From positions 8,308,001 through 8,372,000 of the forward strand of contig OX597837.1 in NCBI GenBank assembly GCA_951406725.2: a stretch of DNA of 64,000 nucleotides, read 5' to 3'. This stretch comes from Octopus vulgaris (taxonomy: Eukaryota). The position numbers were made by a program, and so were the translations under genes. The stretch's first letter is position 1; the number at the start of each line of letters is the position of its first letter. Shown in pieces: positions 1 to 15,512 of this stretch. The notes under the pieces are model-generated. The model saw only the letters and a list, made by a program, of their open reading frames with translations, was not told the origin of the DNA and did not search any database.

Positions 1-107
1 TATATATCTTTCTGTCGAAGAGCGTAGGCTCGAAACGTAAAAGATATTCCTAGCGCTATATAATATATATATGTTTATATACATGACATCGTCATTTGTT
101 TATTTTC

Positions 108-110
<3 letters not shown>
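1..110 (+). mobile_element. Hammerhead-bearing short element, family H1 (probably Penelope-like pLTR-derived), cut by window edge
   Basis: Shares ctgtcgaagagcgtaggctcgaaacgtaaaaga and tttgtttattttcgta with copies at 17003-17195 and 43988-44187; followed by (TA)n. Confidence 0.7.
4..47 (+). ncRNA. Minimal type-I hammerhead ribozyme motif with variant core (CUGUCGA)
   Basis: Helix I ATATCTTT/AAAGATAT; core CTGTCGA-A; helix II GAGC-GTAG-GCTC; GAAAC-GTA with palindromic ACGT helix III. Confidence 0.65.
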
Positions 111-619
<509 letters not shown>

Positions 620-1997
620 CATATATATGTACATCTATACATATCTATATCTATCTATCTATTTACAAAATTTATATTCAGAAGAATATGGTACTTAAAC
701 TGAGGTACCAGAATTTAGTACGGTATAAGCCATACAATTTCAAAGTAAGGTGATTAAACAAGCTTCTTACCACACAGTCATGCCACTATCAAATGAACGA
801 AACAAGCAAAAGAATAAAAGTATAAAAGAATATATATATATATGTATATTATATATATATTCATATATACATATATATATATTTGTGTATGTATGTATGT
901 CTATTTGTGTGCGTGCGTTTCTGTGTGTGTATGCGTAGCACTTGAATTCCGCGTCTTTTCCGCTCCATTTACTCTCTGGCAATTTTTTTTTTTCACACTA
1001 AATTTACTTCCACTCTATTTTGTTCAACGATTTGTGTTTTCCCTTCCGCCATATTAAATCAACCGACAAAAAGCGAGAATTTCAAATATACTGTATTTTA
1101 AACGTTAATATTTCTAGTTCAAATGACAATAACATTAAAAAATAACATAACTATTTTATTTCACTTATATATGAACTAACGCCGAACAAAACACCAGAAA
1201 TATACAGAGGTTTTTTTTTTAATTATACGTCTCCATTAGCAACAAAATAATTAACAAAGTACACAGTTCAGATTGTGATATCCGAGGTGAGAAATGTAAG
1301 TATTTTTTTCATAAAATAGGCCTACTTCAAATTCATTTTTCTCGTCGTCAGATTTTAAAAAAACATGGGGGTGGTGTTCTTAAAAGTATTTTAAAGAAGC
1401 AATTAATACTGGGTAATAGAAATTTGCTCTTCTGTGTTAATTGCCCCCAGTTTAGGAGACCTGACTAAATGTATGTATGCATGGATTCTTTACTTCTTGT
1501 ACTCTTTTAATTGATTCAGTGATTAGACTGCGAACAAGCTGGAGTACTGCCTTGAAGAGTACACAGAACTGTTTGATTAAATGAATGGGGTTTCTTTTGT
1601 CTTTTCTTCCGATATTACTCTTTTTTTCTTTCTTTTTCTTCTTGGCAGTTGTCAACTTAAAAATTAAAGAGTAATGATGTCATTCCGTCAACATGGGAAC
1701 ACAGGTTGCCCTCGTTCAAATATTTTGAATTTGAATTTCTATAATTTTGAATTTCTATTTATCACTTTTCATTTCGAACTCGACAAAGACGGGCAAGCTG
1801 TCGTAATATCGTTCAACCAATAAAACATGTATTGCAATCGCATCGCGTTCTTCGTATTGTCTATTTACAACAACAATAATAATAATAATATTGTGCAAAA
1901 CGAAATATATGGCACTCCAATCATAATTTGAACTTATAACTTGTCTCTTGCGGTTTCTGGGTGAGACTTGGAGCCAACTTTTACAAAAATCAAACAT

Positions 1998-2120
1998 ATA
2001 ATAATCCTTTCTACTATAGGCACAAGGCCTGGAATTTGAGGGGAGGCGGTTACTGGTACTTAATTTATCCACCCCGAAAGGATGAAAGGTATAGTCGACC
2101 ACGGCGGAATTTGAACTCAG
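1998..2120 (-). mobile_element. SINE family B, 3' part
   Basis: gaaaggatgaaagg..gtcgacc..ggcggaatttgaactcag plus tail ctttctactataggcacaaggcc next to (aat)n. Confidence 0.75.
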
Positions 2121-3444
2121 CTCACCGACTTCAAACATATAATAATAATAGTATATATTGAATGAATTTACACTCCAAAAGGATATACGTAAATATCTCT
2201 GTCAACGTGGAAAGTTTACAGACCCAATATAAAACTGTCATGTCCACGGTGCACAATGAGATGAGAAGCGTTTCAAATAAGTCTTGGTTACGACAGCCAG
2301 AAATCATGTAACAAAAAGCCTGTTAAGGATCTTTACACTCGTATAAATCAAGTTTATTGTCCTCGCTCAATTTCTTGTGTTCCCATTAGAACTAAAAATG
2401 ACCAAACATTTAGTAAATATTCAAATAAGCTCCCTCAGCGATGGCAATAATGGTGTATTGATCTGCAAAATTGGTCACTAAGAACTAATTGGTTCTTCTC
2501 TAAATACAATCAGTAAATTCCAACAAGGTAATTTTCTGACGGTTCACCTGGGTCTTCTTTAATGAAATAACATTCGTTTTATCGTTTATCTTTTACCTTC
2601 TGTTTGTTTCAGTTCTTGGATTGCGGCCATGCCGGAGCACACTCTTGGAGGATTTTCGTCGAACAATCGCATCTGCTGCTTACGCTGTTTCATTGAGTTG
2701 GAATCTCTTTGTGGATTAGTTACAAAGACTACTTGAAAAGGAATTTGCATATTTCCATGTAAATATGAAAAATTGGAGTTACTACTACAGCATGAAGAGA
2801 AAAATATGGCAATGTGACTTTTAAACTGTCTTAAAGAGAATCGACAGCATTTAACAGGTAAAAATTGCATTAACAGGTAAAAACAGGTAAAAATTGAAAC
2901 AAGTCGCAAGGAAAAGAAACCCAATAATATAAACTATTTCAGACATTCTGATTGTGATCAGAACTACTCAAAGTTACATGAATGAAAGTTTGTTGATAAT
3001 AGAACAGTGCTTCCTTGAGAGACAACATAAAACTCAGAACATGCTAAGACAATAAGGCAAGACGGTAAAAGGCATTTAAATGGCGGCTAATTGATGAGAT
3101 GTACGCGTTTTCGTGGCTACGAAATTTTAAGTGTGTTGAACTAAGTCAAACAGTTATTAAATGTGAGTGTGTGTGTGTGTGTGTGTGTATGTGTGCGTGT
3201 GTGGTTTTCTTCTGGTTTTAATTAATCATAACTCTTCCTCTGAGGAAGGAGATTGACTCTGACAAAGATCGAATCCCCATCGTTGGAATGTCGATAAAAA
3301 GAAAACAATATCACATTTTAAACTTGGGAAATATTTTGTATAAATATACTGTTCCACTTACAGTTTGTATTTGTAATGTGCGAATCAGTTGGTTGATTAC
3401 TTTTTCAGATTATCACTTAGACACATACGCAGGAGACTCAAGCG

Positions 3445-3587
3445 TACGAGGTTTTTATTGGTATCAATAACAGTTTATAATCTGGTTAGAGAAGCGGCTG
3501 GATTTGATGGAGATGTCCATAGTTACGCTCTTTCAATTTGGATTTCAAAAAGATACTGACATCAGCTGGACAGCTGATCTCTACCAT
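3445..3587 (-). pseudogene. R4/Dong-like (RLE-clade) non-LTR endonuclease-region remnant
   Basis: Minus strand reads VEISCPADVSIFLKSKLKERNYGHL..(stop)PDYKLLLIPI, resembling the E-ISCP-D...K...Y motif of restriction-like endonucleases; abuts (TATG)n. Confidence 0.5.
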
Positions 3588-3610
3588 ATGTATGTATGCA
3601 TGCATGTATG

Positions 3611-3644
<34 letters not shown>

Positions 3645-3710
3645 TGTATGTATGTATGTATGTATGTATGTTTGTATGTATGTATGTAGGTATGCATGCA
3701 TGCATGTATG

Positions 3711-3743
<33 letters not shown>

Positions 3744-3745
<2 letters not shown>

Positions 3746-3846
3746 GTTATTGTATGTTATTTCTTGCCAATAGCGACAGATTTGGGTTCTAACCTTGATC
3801 CAAGGCTCCTTCATAGGAATGTCAACATCAATAACAGGTTATTTTT
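3744..3846 (-). mobile_element. (CATA)n-embedded retroelement 3' end
   Basis: tttcttgccaatag...ttctaacct.gatc..ttcat.ggaat shared with 33559-33640; (TATG)n on both sides. Confidence 0.5.
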
Positions 3847-3875
3847 GTATGTATGTATGTATGTATGTATGTATG

Positions 3876-3906
<31 letters not shown>

Positions 3907-4750
3907 GTGCGTGAGTGTATATATTTATGTAATTATGTTCCTATTCTCGTGCATATAATTGCATATGTAGACATGCTCATATATATTTAAATATTGAACA
4001 TCTGGAAAATTTTACAGATTTTTATAGTTCCAGTGAATGGATTGGATCTATAGACTTCGAAAAATCTTTCTCCCTTCTGGTTTTGAGACGCCTAATTTCT
4101 CAACATTGGTATTTAGATAGTGTGTTAAATATCTCAGGGCCCTAACAAATACGGATATCAAGCTGCACTTGTAAACTCTATGTATGTATGTGTGTATGTA
4201 TGTGTGTGTGTATGCATGGAATTATGGATTTATGTCCAAGAAGTTCCTGATTATGAATTTGTCTTGCAGAGAACTAAAATCACTTTTCGGCGGGAGCAGA
4301 TATAACATACATACATACATACATAAATACATACATACATACATACATGGAGCAGATATAACATACATACATACATACATGCATGCATGCATGCATAAAT
4401 ACATACATACATACATGCATGCATACATACATAAATACATACATACTAACATACATATATATATACATACATACGTACGTACATACATACATACATACAT
4501 ACTTACATACATACGTACGTACATTCATACATACTAACATACATACATACATACATACGTACTTACGTACATACATACATACATACATGCATGCATACAT
4601 ACATAAATACATACATACATACAAATGTACATATACATACACACACAAAAACACACACACAGACGCATACATACATACACACATACATATATATATATAC
4701 AGGTATATAGGCATATACTTATATATACACATACATATCTATATCTATCC

Positions 4751-4815
<65 letters not shown>

Positions 4816-4877
4816 CCAATCTAATATATCCCCCCTCTCTCTCTATATATATATATACATATATATATACATATGTG

Positions 4878-4919
<42 letters not shown>

Positions 4920-5395
4920 TACACATATGTATATATATATATGTGTGTGTTTGTATATATACACACACACATATATGCCTATTTGCGCGTGAGTGTTCCA
5001 GTGTTCGCATTTGTTTCTTATAATACCTCATTCACAGGTCTGTTCGCAGATCTGTTCGCCATATTAATACCGTTCTTATAGAATATAAATTCGTTTCATA
5101 TTTTCCCCGAAGAAAATGATATTTTGGTATTCATAACAGATTTACCAATTTACTCTTCTGAAATAACATCTTGTATACAGAGGCATTTCATTATTTAAAT
5201 ACACACTCACACACATATATTCCACATATACACACATAAACACAAACACATACACACATGCACAAACGCACACACATGCAAAACACGACACACACAAACA
5301 TGAAATAACGTAGTGAGTTATATATGTATACATATATCTATATCTATATACGAATATATATTACCATCGCCCTATAAACAAAGACACATACATAC

Positions 5396-5473
<78 letters not shown>

Positions 5474-5674
5474 GCTCATATATACATGTATATCATACAG
5501 AATATATACAAATATATGTAGATATATATATATATTTATGTAAAATATTATGACGCATTTAGATATACACACACTACAACGCTCACGTGTATATACATAT
5601 GTTTATATATACATACATATATATATATAAGTATATGTATATATATTATATATATGTATATGTATATATATTTA

Positions 5675-5713
<39 letters not shown>

Positions 5714-6028
5714 GTATGTATGTATATCTATATACGCGCATATAGATATGTACAACTCTACTTTGCACATACTTATTATATACGAGTTGTGTAACCAGTT
5801 GTGTAACATAGAAGTGAAAAAGTTTTTGCGAACAAAACTATGATTTCGTGAATTTCTTTACAACACCGGATTAATAAGCACGAATGAATACACCGCTATA
5901 TATAAGCATGTATTCATGCATATACATATATACATATATATAGCACATGTATATACACATATACACATACACACACATATATCTCCATATACATACGGGC
6001 ATGTGTAATTATATATACATATACATAC

Positions 6029-6091
<63 letters not shown>

Positions 6092-6146
6092 TATATACAT
6101 ATTTATATATATACATATATATATATATACATATATATATACACAC

Positions 6147-6189
<43 letters not shown>

Positions 6190-6226
6190 TATATATATAT
6201 ACACATATATATAAGCATATATACAT

Positions 6227-6308
<82 letters not shown>

Positions 6309-6644
6309 GTTTCTATTCCTCTATAAAAATTGTATGCATATTATGCACACATTAGGCTGGAATAATGATTAAAAAAAACATACACACAAACACACACACA
6401 CGTACACAAACCTGACTTACACGCTGAAGCAAGCACCCACACACACACAGACACACATACTCGCATACATACACTCATACACAGACGCATACACTCGCTC
6501 ACATATTTACGCATAGGAGCATGATTACTCCTTTCCATTGTTATACGCAGAGATTTTCTTATTGCCATACAAATGAACACCACAAACCGCAAGAAAGAAA
6601 TCCGTTAATATAGTATAATATAATGCAATGCAGTATTTTTATAA

Positions 6645-6736
<92 letters not shown>

Positions 6737-6743
6737 TATACAC

Positions 6744-6796
<53 letters not shown>

Positions 6797-7509
6797 TATA
6801 CATATATAAATGTATATATATATATATATATAAATATTCATATATACATGTATATATACATATATATATATACATATATAAATGTATATATATATATAAA
6901 TACTCATATATACATGTATATATACATATATATACACGTATATATATATATGTATATGTCGTGTCTATCTATCTATCCATGTAGGCACACTGAAGGCGGT
7001 TGCCTAGTGACTAGAATATAGCATTAACGATGGCGAGAACGTGGTTTCGATTCTAGGACAGACTGGTGTGTTGTTTTCATGAACAAAATACTTGATATAT
7101 ATATAAATTTGAATTTAAAACTATTTATTACGAAAAGTTGATTGTATAATTCGAGTTTTTATTCTAATTATTATCCTTTATATCGGTTTCAACCTCAGCA
7201 CTCCTTAAGGAATTTCGATATATTTCGTAAGAAAGATTAATATTATATATATATATACATACACACAAGTGCATCTCAAATGCACAAGGCTTAAACACAC
7301 CAACATCGTTCGACAAGTGGCTGCATAAGAATATAAAAAAAGCCTGAACTTACTTAGAAATTGGAGCGAAATTCCTGTGAACCGCCTATGTTACTACTGT
7401 TAATATTATCAATTAAAAATATTCACCGCAGATGATATTAACAATCGTAACATCTTACTCCGAATGTAAGCATACGAATATATCGCTCACACACACACAC
7501 ACTCACACA

Positions 7510-7568
<59 letters not shown>

Positions 7569-7666
7569 CAGACGTCTTTCAGTTTTCCTGCACCAAATCT
7601 ATTTAAAAGGCCCGAAGCTATAGTAGAAGACACTTGCCCAAGGTGCAACAAATCATAAAATATGTA

Positions 7667-7748
<82 letters not shown>

Positions 7749-7750
<2 letters not shown>

Positions 7751-7875
7751 AAAGTAGCTTGCTTACCAACCACATGGTTCCGGGTTCAGTCCCACTGCGT
7801 GATACCTTGGGCAAGCGTCTTCTACTATAGCCTCGAGTCATTCAAATCCTTGTGAGCGGATTTTGGTAGACAGAA
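7749..7875 (+). mobile_element. SINE family A, 5' part
   Basis: gtagcttgcttaccaaccacatggttccgggttcagtcccactgcgtgataccttgggcaag matches full copy at 47999. Confidence 0.8.
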
Positions 7876-7984
7876 ATTTAAATATCCTATGGCACCGCCA
7901 AATCTATTTGGCAAATTTATTTTACGATCAGCACTGCTTCTACATATATACAATTATACACATATAAAACAGTTTCGCTTCCAT

Positions 7985-8283
7985 ATACAAGAGTTTCGGC
8001 TTCAAGGTCCCACACATTTTCTCTAACCTTGTAAAGAGCCCCAAAGCCCTACATAGGGTGGATGATGGTGTGTTCAACACAAAACTGTAATTCGTCTTCT
8101 GAAGAGTTTCGCATGAACTCCCTCGCGGCAGGAAACCCAAATGAGGGCGCAAAAATCAAAGTCCCTCATTTACCAAATAAAACATGTCAGAGGAAGATTT
8201 TAAGTAATGAAAATGTAACAAAAATAATACAGGTGATCCAGCATGGCCACAGCCCTCGAGCTAGATCTAGAAAAGAAAAAATG
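7985..8283 (+). pseudogene. CR1-like LINE 3' end (degenerate)
   Basis: SFGFKVPHIFSNL..ALHRVDDGVFNTKL..RQETQMRAQKSKSLIYQ aligns with 26964-27228; tail ccagcatggccacagccctcgagctag. Confidence 0.65.
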
Positions 8284-8581
8284 TTGTGTGTGTATATATA
8301 TATATATATGTATATAAAATCATATATGTATGTATACATAAATATACGTATATGTATCTATGTATGTATATGTATGTATATATGTATATATATATATATG
8401 TGAATGTGTATATGTGTTTGTGTGTGTGGGTGGTTGTGAGTGTATTTGTACACACATATACACACGACCATATATAGATATTGCATATAAATACACATAC
8501 GTATATATAACAAAAATAATACAGGTGATCCAGCATGGCCACAACCCTCGAGCTAGATCTAGAAAAGAAAAAAATGTTGTG

Positions 8582-8639
<58 letters not shown>

Positions 8640-8830
8640 CATATATGTATGTATGTATACATAAATATACGTATATGTATCTATGTATGTATATGTATGT
8701 ATATATGTATATATGTGAGTGTGTATATATGTGTTTGTGTGTGTGGGTGTAGATGTGGGTAGTTGTGAGTGTATTTGTACACACACACATACACACGCAC
8801 ATATAATATAGATATTGCATATAAATACAC
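8215..8830 (+). repeat. Tandem duplication of ~290-320 bp (LINE tail plus degenerate microsatellite)
   Basis: taacaaaaataatacaggtgatccagcatggccaca..agaaaagaaaaa at ~8216 and ~8508 with matching downstream sequence. Confidence 0.85.
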
Positions 8831-9155
8831 GTACATACATACATATATACATATTCAATCCGCAAAAACAATTCTGCAGGCTACAGTCTGAAGTTAAAAT
8901 GAACTACAGCAGATAAAAACGCAATTTTTGCCGAAGGTTCTGAAGAAATAGCTTCGTGCGAGAATCTAGTTTGTATCAGAAAAGTTACAATTATTACATT
9001 TTACTGTTTATATGTAAATTACTAGAAGAAAAATCAAGCTTGAAATACTGTTATAGTGAGTGAATAACAATGGAAATATGCAAACGGCTGCTAAGAACAG
9101 ACTTATATATGCATTGAAACTGTAAAAGGAAATTGAGAGAATATACATACATAAA

Positions 9156-9225
<70 letters not shown>

Positions 9226-9895
9226 TATATACATATATATATACATATATATAGACATATAATACATATATATATATATAAATATATACATATACACACA
9301 TATATACATATACATATATATATATATACATACATGTACATACACATATAATTAGACACACAGATATCTGTATATATATATGCATACATACATATATATA
9401 CATATATACACATATACATTCATATATATAATGTAGATATACACGTATACACGTATGCTATACACACATATATATACATAGTTTTGTGTGTGCGTGTGTA
9501 TGTATGTGTGTCTAAACATATCTATATATATATATATATATATATATAAGAATATATTTATATTTTTGCATATTATATGAATATATATGCACAATCACAT
9601 AAACAGAACCATTGTATAAATACATATACATACACTATATAACCACCCATACACACATACGTATTTGTATGTATGGATGTATCTATGTATGTACGTATGT
9701 GTAGGCGTAAAGTTGTTACAAAATACTAGATGAAGGTTATTCTAGCGTAACTTCTTTTCCAGCACGTCGACAATCAATAATAGGCGGTATGGAGAAGTAG
9801 CGAACATGATGGAAAAATACATACTTCACATATTAACTGGGCATAAGTTCAGAAAAAGTCTGGTATAAGAAGAATTGTTAACTTCCTTTTGTTAT

Positions 9896-10088
9896 GGATA
9901 ATGTGGTATTTAAATAACGTGTATCTCTTAAATAATATGTTGTTTCTTAGATAATGTGAATTTTCTTAAGTAACGTGATATTTCTTTAAGAATGGGATAA
10001 TGCTTTTTATCTTTTTAGATACTGTGTTATTTCTTAAATAATGCGGTAGGCCTTAGATAATGTAGTGTTTCACAGATAATGTGGTAAC
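9896..10088 (+). repeat. Degenerate ~19-bp minisatellite (agataatgtggtatttctt-like)
   Basis: About ten imperfect ataatgtg..tttctta units. Confidence 0.6.
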
Positions 10089-10546
10089 ATCAGGTTTGCT
10101 TGCTCTAATGCGCTAAGTAATCACTTGTAGATTAGACTTGCTTCTTGTATGTTGTCTGATTACGACGAATATTAACTAACTGAGGATCTTCTGGAGCTTT
10201 GCATATCTTCAATCCTTAGTCATTTCGAAAGCAAGAAAATTTAAACCAGAAAATATATAAAGATGCAAGTAACCTCTCTTCCTGAAGATTCCTGGCCTTG
10301 GCTCAAATTTGAAACCATTATTATTAAAAAATGGTTGTGCTAATATATAAATCGATAAAATGAAGTTTTACAAATCGATAAATGAAGTATGTACAAAAGC
10401 TAGCCGAGTTCAACTTGTATTACTAATCATACTTTAAACAGCATTAGTTTAAAATACCAGGATGTATAATATTTAAAAGGTATATACAATGGCATTATCT
10501 GTAATAGTTTGTCTCAGGAAAACTTCTCAAAGAAAAATCCTTCTCA

Positions 10547-10625
<79 letters not shown>

Positions 10626-10728
10626 TTTTAGCCTACCCAGTTTTGTACAAAAGAGTAAATGTTTTTTTGTCGATTTCTGTAGCGGAAGGGATATTTTTAA
10701 ACTTAGCTTAAAATGCTCAGATTTATTT

Positions 10729-10771
10729 GCCACTGAGGAGGCCAAACGATGTCGAAACAATATGTCTGATG
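10729..10771 (+). ncRNA. Type-I hammerhead ribozyme motif, canonical core
   Basis: CA-CTGAGGA-GGC(caaacgat)GTC-GAAAC-AATAT-GTC-TG; helix III ACA/TGT; helix I short and imperfect. Confidence 0.55.
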
Positions 10772-11154
10772 ATCCTCCTCCGACGTTCTGAGTAACCTCT
10801 CTCTTCATTAACATGCATGGCTTTTGTAAAAATTCTGTGAGACAAAATATAACAGTTAGCCCCTGTCTACATTATGAATATTATACACACCATTATAGCT
10901 TGGCCATTTTGGCCAATTTCAGAATAAATTAGTGAATATTGTATACGCTGACATCCATAGGGCAATAAAGATTACAGATTGGCTTAGAATCTATAGAAGC
11001 TTTGTCACTGTGGTGCAAAGTCAGTCTGAAACAAAAGTATTTGACCATCGGCCACTGATATCTAGAGCGAGGTGTGTGGTGGTTTACACGGAAATTTCTT
11101 TGAGAAATTTTTCCCAGACAAAATTTTGCGATTTGCTGTTATTCCACATTTTGT

Positions 11155-11615
11155 ATATACATTATACATTCCACACTTTATATATACATTATACATATCA
11201 TACATTATACTTATCATATACATTATACATATCATATACATTATACATATACATTATATACATTATACATGTACATTATAAATATACATATACGTTATAC
11301 ATATACATATACATTATACATATACATTATACGTATACATTATATACATTATACATTATACATATACATTATATACATTATACATATACATTATATACGT
11401 TATACATATACATTATATACATTATACATATACATTATACATATACATTATACATATACATTATACATGTACATTATACATGTACATTATACATATATAT
11501 TATATACATTATACATATACATTATACATTATACATATACATAATACATATACATTATACATTATACATTATACATACACATTATACATATACATTGTAT
11601 ACATTATACTTATCA
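11155..11615 (+). repeat. (CATTATA)/(CATATA) compound minisatellite
   Basis: Dozens of tacattata/tacata units; explains the HIHYTYTLY-type ORFs. Confidence 0.9.
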
Positions 11616-12063
11616 TACACGCGGTTATTCTAACCCAACTCTGTTTAAAGTGTATTTATTAATTTAATTTGAACTTGTCCACCTTTCACTCAAAGCTGTA
11701 GATGTTTTATATATTGATTTCGATAGCGGAGCGAATATCTCTAAGTTCAGTTTATCATTTCCCGGTATGTCCGTCATGGAGGTGACCAATTTACGTACAG
11801 CCACTGTATCTAATGACCTTCCAGTGATATTTTTAAGTGGGGTCTGAGTTTTTCTACTCTTTTTCACACTCTGGTCTCTTTGAAAAATTCATTTGAAGCA
11901 AAATATTAGTTAGCACCGATTTTTTTTGTTTTTTTGTTATACACTGTAAATGTTATACAACCTCAAAATTTCTAGCCTCGTGCCTAAATCAGAAACTTTA
12001 TATTCGTATTCATATTTATGAAATGCGTACAAAGGTTTCTATGACTCAAATGTTATTATGCGG

Positions 12064-12130
<67 letters not shown>

Positions 12131-12295
12131 TCTGTGTGTGTGTATGTATGTATATATATATTTATCTATACTAATATTTGTGTGTATATATATTTATGTG
12201 TTAATATATATATATATATATTTATATATATATTTATATATATACACAAACAATTGTGTATATTTATATTCATACACATTTTTATATATCAATGT

Positions 12296-12333
<38 letters not shown>

Positions 12334-14007
12334 TACATACATATATACATATTCATTTAAATACATACATATATATATATATACACACACACAAGCATAC
12401 ACACATATATATATACATATAATTATATAGACACAGATGTAATACACACACACACACACACACACATATCCACACACACAAACATCCACACAAATACTCA
12501 CGCACGAAAATGTCGTTTGAAGTCTAATTTAATAATATTTAGTAGTTTTGATGAGAGCGGCGGCACAAATGTCCAGATAAACATTTCAGATACTTATTAT
12601 ATAATACATGAAATAATATATATTAACCACAATCTTTCATCTGCTTTTAGTGACTTGCTACACTCCTGCGTATGTTCCTCACTTTTTACCGAGTCTTGCA
12701 ATTCACCAATCGCCACGCTTTGATCTCTCTCTGGTTTGTTTGGTCTTTTACAATTTCGAGCGAGCGGTTTTTCTATTATTCTTATAGTTATTGGACGTAA
12801 TTATGCATGTATGTGTGTGGATGTATGTGTGTGTGTGTGTGTGACTATATGTGTGTATGTTTGTGTATGTATGTATGTGTGTGTATGTATTTATGTGTGT
12901 GTGTTTGTGTATGTATGTGTGTGTATTGGGTGTATGTATGTATGTATGTGTGTATGTATGTGTGTATGTATGTGTGTATATGTATGTGTATGTGTCTTTG
13001 TATGTATGTGTGTAAGTATGTGTGTGTATGTATGTGTGTGTATGTTTGTGTATGTATGTATGTGTGGGCGTGTGTATGTTTGTGTGTATGTATGTATCTA
13101 TGTGTGTATGTATGAGTGTGCGTGTGTATGTATGTATGTATGTAAGTATGTATGTATGTGTGTGTAAGTAGGTGTATGTATATGTGTGCGCATGTATGTA
13201 TGTATGTGTGTATGTGTGTGTGTATGAATGTATATATGTCTGTATGCATGTATGAATGTATGTATATGCATGTATGCATATATGTAAGTATGTATGTGTG
13301 TGTGTGTGCATGCACATATGTATGTACGTATGTGTGTATGCATGGATATATGTATGTATGCATGTGTGTGCATGTGTTTGTGTGTGCCTGTTTGTACGCG
13401 TGTGTTTGTGTGCACGACAAGTTTCCAAAGTTTCCGGCTGCCAGATTCCTTCCCCCATATATCTATTGGGCCGCGGTTATGGTAGAAAACACCTTGCCAA
13501 GGTATTGTGCATTGAGACTCAACCCGAAAATCTGGTTGTTTAGTGAGCTTTAATAATTACTCAGTCACCTCTGTATAAGTGGCTATACCTTTCTGAGAAT
13601 AGTCACTTATATACATGTGACTGAGTCTATATAAGACGTGACTATATAGTCTTTATAGTCTATATAGATGTGATTGAGTCCATATTCCTTTCTGCGAATC
13701 GATTGCAAATCGATCAGACAAGATCTAGAAAACGACTTCGTGAATTATAGACTGAAGAAAGTGAAACAGGTTAGAGAAGAAAGGAAAAGTTTAAAATGTT
13801 AAAGCGATGCCGGAGTGAGCTGGCATTTCGTCAGAGATGACGTCGCTTAAGAAGCAACGACAGACGAAGGGGAGACAGAAGAGGCATGTAAAAATCTTTA
13901 AACATTTAAAAAAATCTTCATTGACTATCGATCCTCCATCGTAGCGAATGTTGAAATAAGTGCTACCTATTCTGGGGAGTCTATGAAAAACACCGAACAC
14001 TGAAACG

Positions 14008-14047
<40 letters not shown>

Positions 14048-14397
14048 ATATGGTTATATATACTATATGCATATGTAGATACATATATACACACACACAC
14101 ATATTTATATATATATATATATATATAGTTGCTATTATGGTAAACTGTCCTATGTCCAAATTTGGCCAAATGCTGTTTTCTCAATATATATATTTTTGCT
14201 TACAATAGCTTATTATTTTGGTCAAACTATCGTATGTCCAGCTGCTTTAGATGTCAAGATATCAAAAATTGTCAAAGTGTAGTACAACGGTTTTGCTATG
14301 GAAAGGTGAAACTATTTTCCCGTTTTCTGAAGAAGCAAAATTTTTGCCTAACGACACTTTTGCATAATAGCAACGATATATATATATATATATATAG

Positions 14398-14602
14398 TTA
14401 ATCCAAACATGAAAACATAAAGGGAAAGCACAACAGCGCGAGGACGGGGAACAAGTATAGAGTTATTGGACGCTCGGAGAAGGAAAGAAAGAAGGAGGAT
14501 TTAACGTTTTGAGCGGAGCTCTTCGTCAGAAACATAAGAAAAGCAAAGATCCAAGGAAGGGAAGACGGAGGGAAAAATCGCCAACGATACACACGCGGTC
14601 AT
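14398..14602 (-). mobile_element. Hammerhead-bearing short element, family H2 (sister of H1)
   Basis: Minus strand tttCTGACGA-A-GAGC-TCC-GCTC-aAAAC-GTTaaa at 14499-14533 (G12 mutated); same layout as H1 (atcgtt 5' motif, pyrimidine tract, cc/ct-gagcg downstream); between (TA)n and (TG)n. Confidence 0.6.
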
Positions 14603-14616
14603 GTGTGTGTATGTGT

Positions 14617-14656
<40 letters not shown>

Positions 14657-14732
14657 TCATATAAACAAGGTTAAAATAATGTAAATGATAATATCAAATG
14701 GCCAACATGATATAAGACCTTGTGGTTAAATT

Positions 14733-15337
14733 ATACTAAAATAATAATTATATATATAAATTATAGAATTATATAAGAGAACAGGAAAAATTTCTGCTCC
14801 AACATGTTGTTAGAATACACCAAAAAGCGTTATTTAAGAAGAGGGTTTTATAGCCTGTTAGTCACATGATATTATGAATTAGATGATTTTATCATTGTTT
14901 ATATGAATAATTAAAATATTTATGCTCCGGATCGGAACTACATTGCTTTGAGTTTGTTCCGGTTAAAAAATTATGCGGCTGAAAAGAAAGGTAAAAGTTT
15001 GACTTTATTTAGAAGCATAAGCGCGGATATTTGCAAATGATCGTACGAATTTGTTTCGTGGGGTTATGTTTAAACATTCGTAAATAGGTTTCTTTGAATA
15101 TTGTGCTGGGTATGAGAAATAAGCTATTTTACTGCTTTAATCTCGAAATTGGACCAATACACAGTTGACTGTGGAGTTTTATTTTGTATTTATCATTTGC
15201 CTTTCTACAACCCATATCTTGCAGGAACTAAAGGTGGTTTCATTACGTTTATTGACGAATTCTTACAACATGTTGGAGCAAGAGTTTTTCTTGTTCCCTT
15301 CTGTAATTATATAATTTATATATATAATTAATTTTTA

Positions 15338-15340
<3 letters not shown>
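14733..15340. mobile_element. ~600-bp element with ~100-bp inverted terminal arms
   Basis: 14733-14835 (gagaacaggaaaaatttctgctccaacatgttgttagaat) is the approximate reverse complement of 15241-15340. Confidence 0.55.
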
Positions 15341-15376
<36 letters not shown>

Positions 15377-15429
15377 CCTTCATACATGTATGTACGTATA
15401 TATATATATATGTAAATATAATTTTTAGT

Positions 15430-15468
<39 letters not shown>

Positions 15469-15512
15469 CCTTTATATATGTATGTACGTATATATATATA
15501 TGTAAATATATG

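Noticed and set aside
2700-3110. Possible very old LINE endonuclease relic (KIG.., EKYG.., SDCDQ)
   Set aside because: Motifs too short and in different frames to support by eye
3235-3295. ctgaggaagg..: hammerhead-like start
   Set aside because: No GAAA after the stem and no helix I/III
4000-4165. Minus-strand GPEIFNTLSKY, CR1/L2-like
   Set aside because: Single short motif; insufficient for a call
11664-11867. 67-aa non-repetitive ORF
   Set aside because: No recognisable domain or convincing splice sites
14327-14356. ctgaaga-a-gcaaaatttttgc-ctaac-gac possible hammerhead relic
   Set aside because: GAAA and cleavage triplet both altered; no helix I
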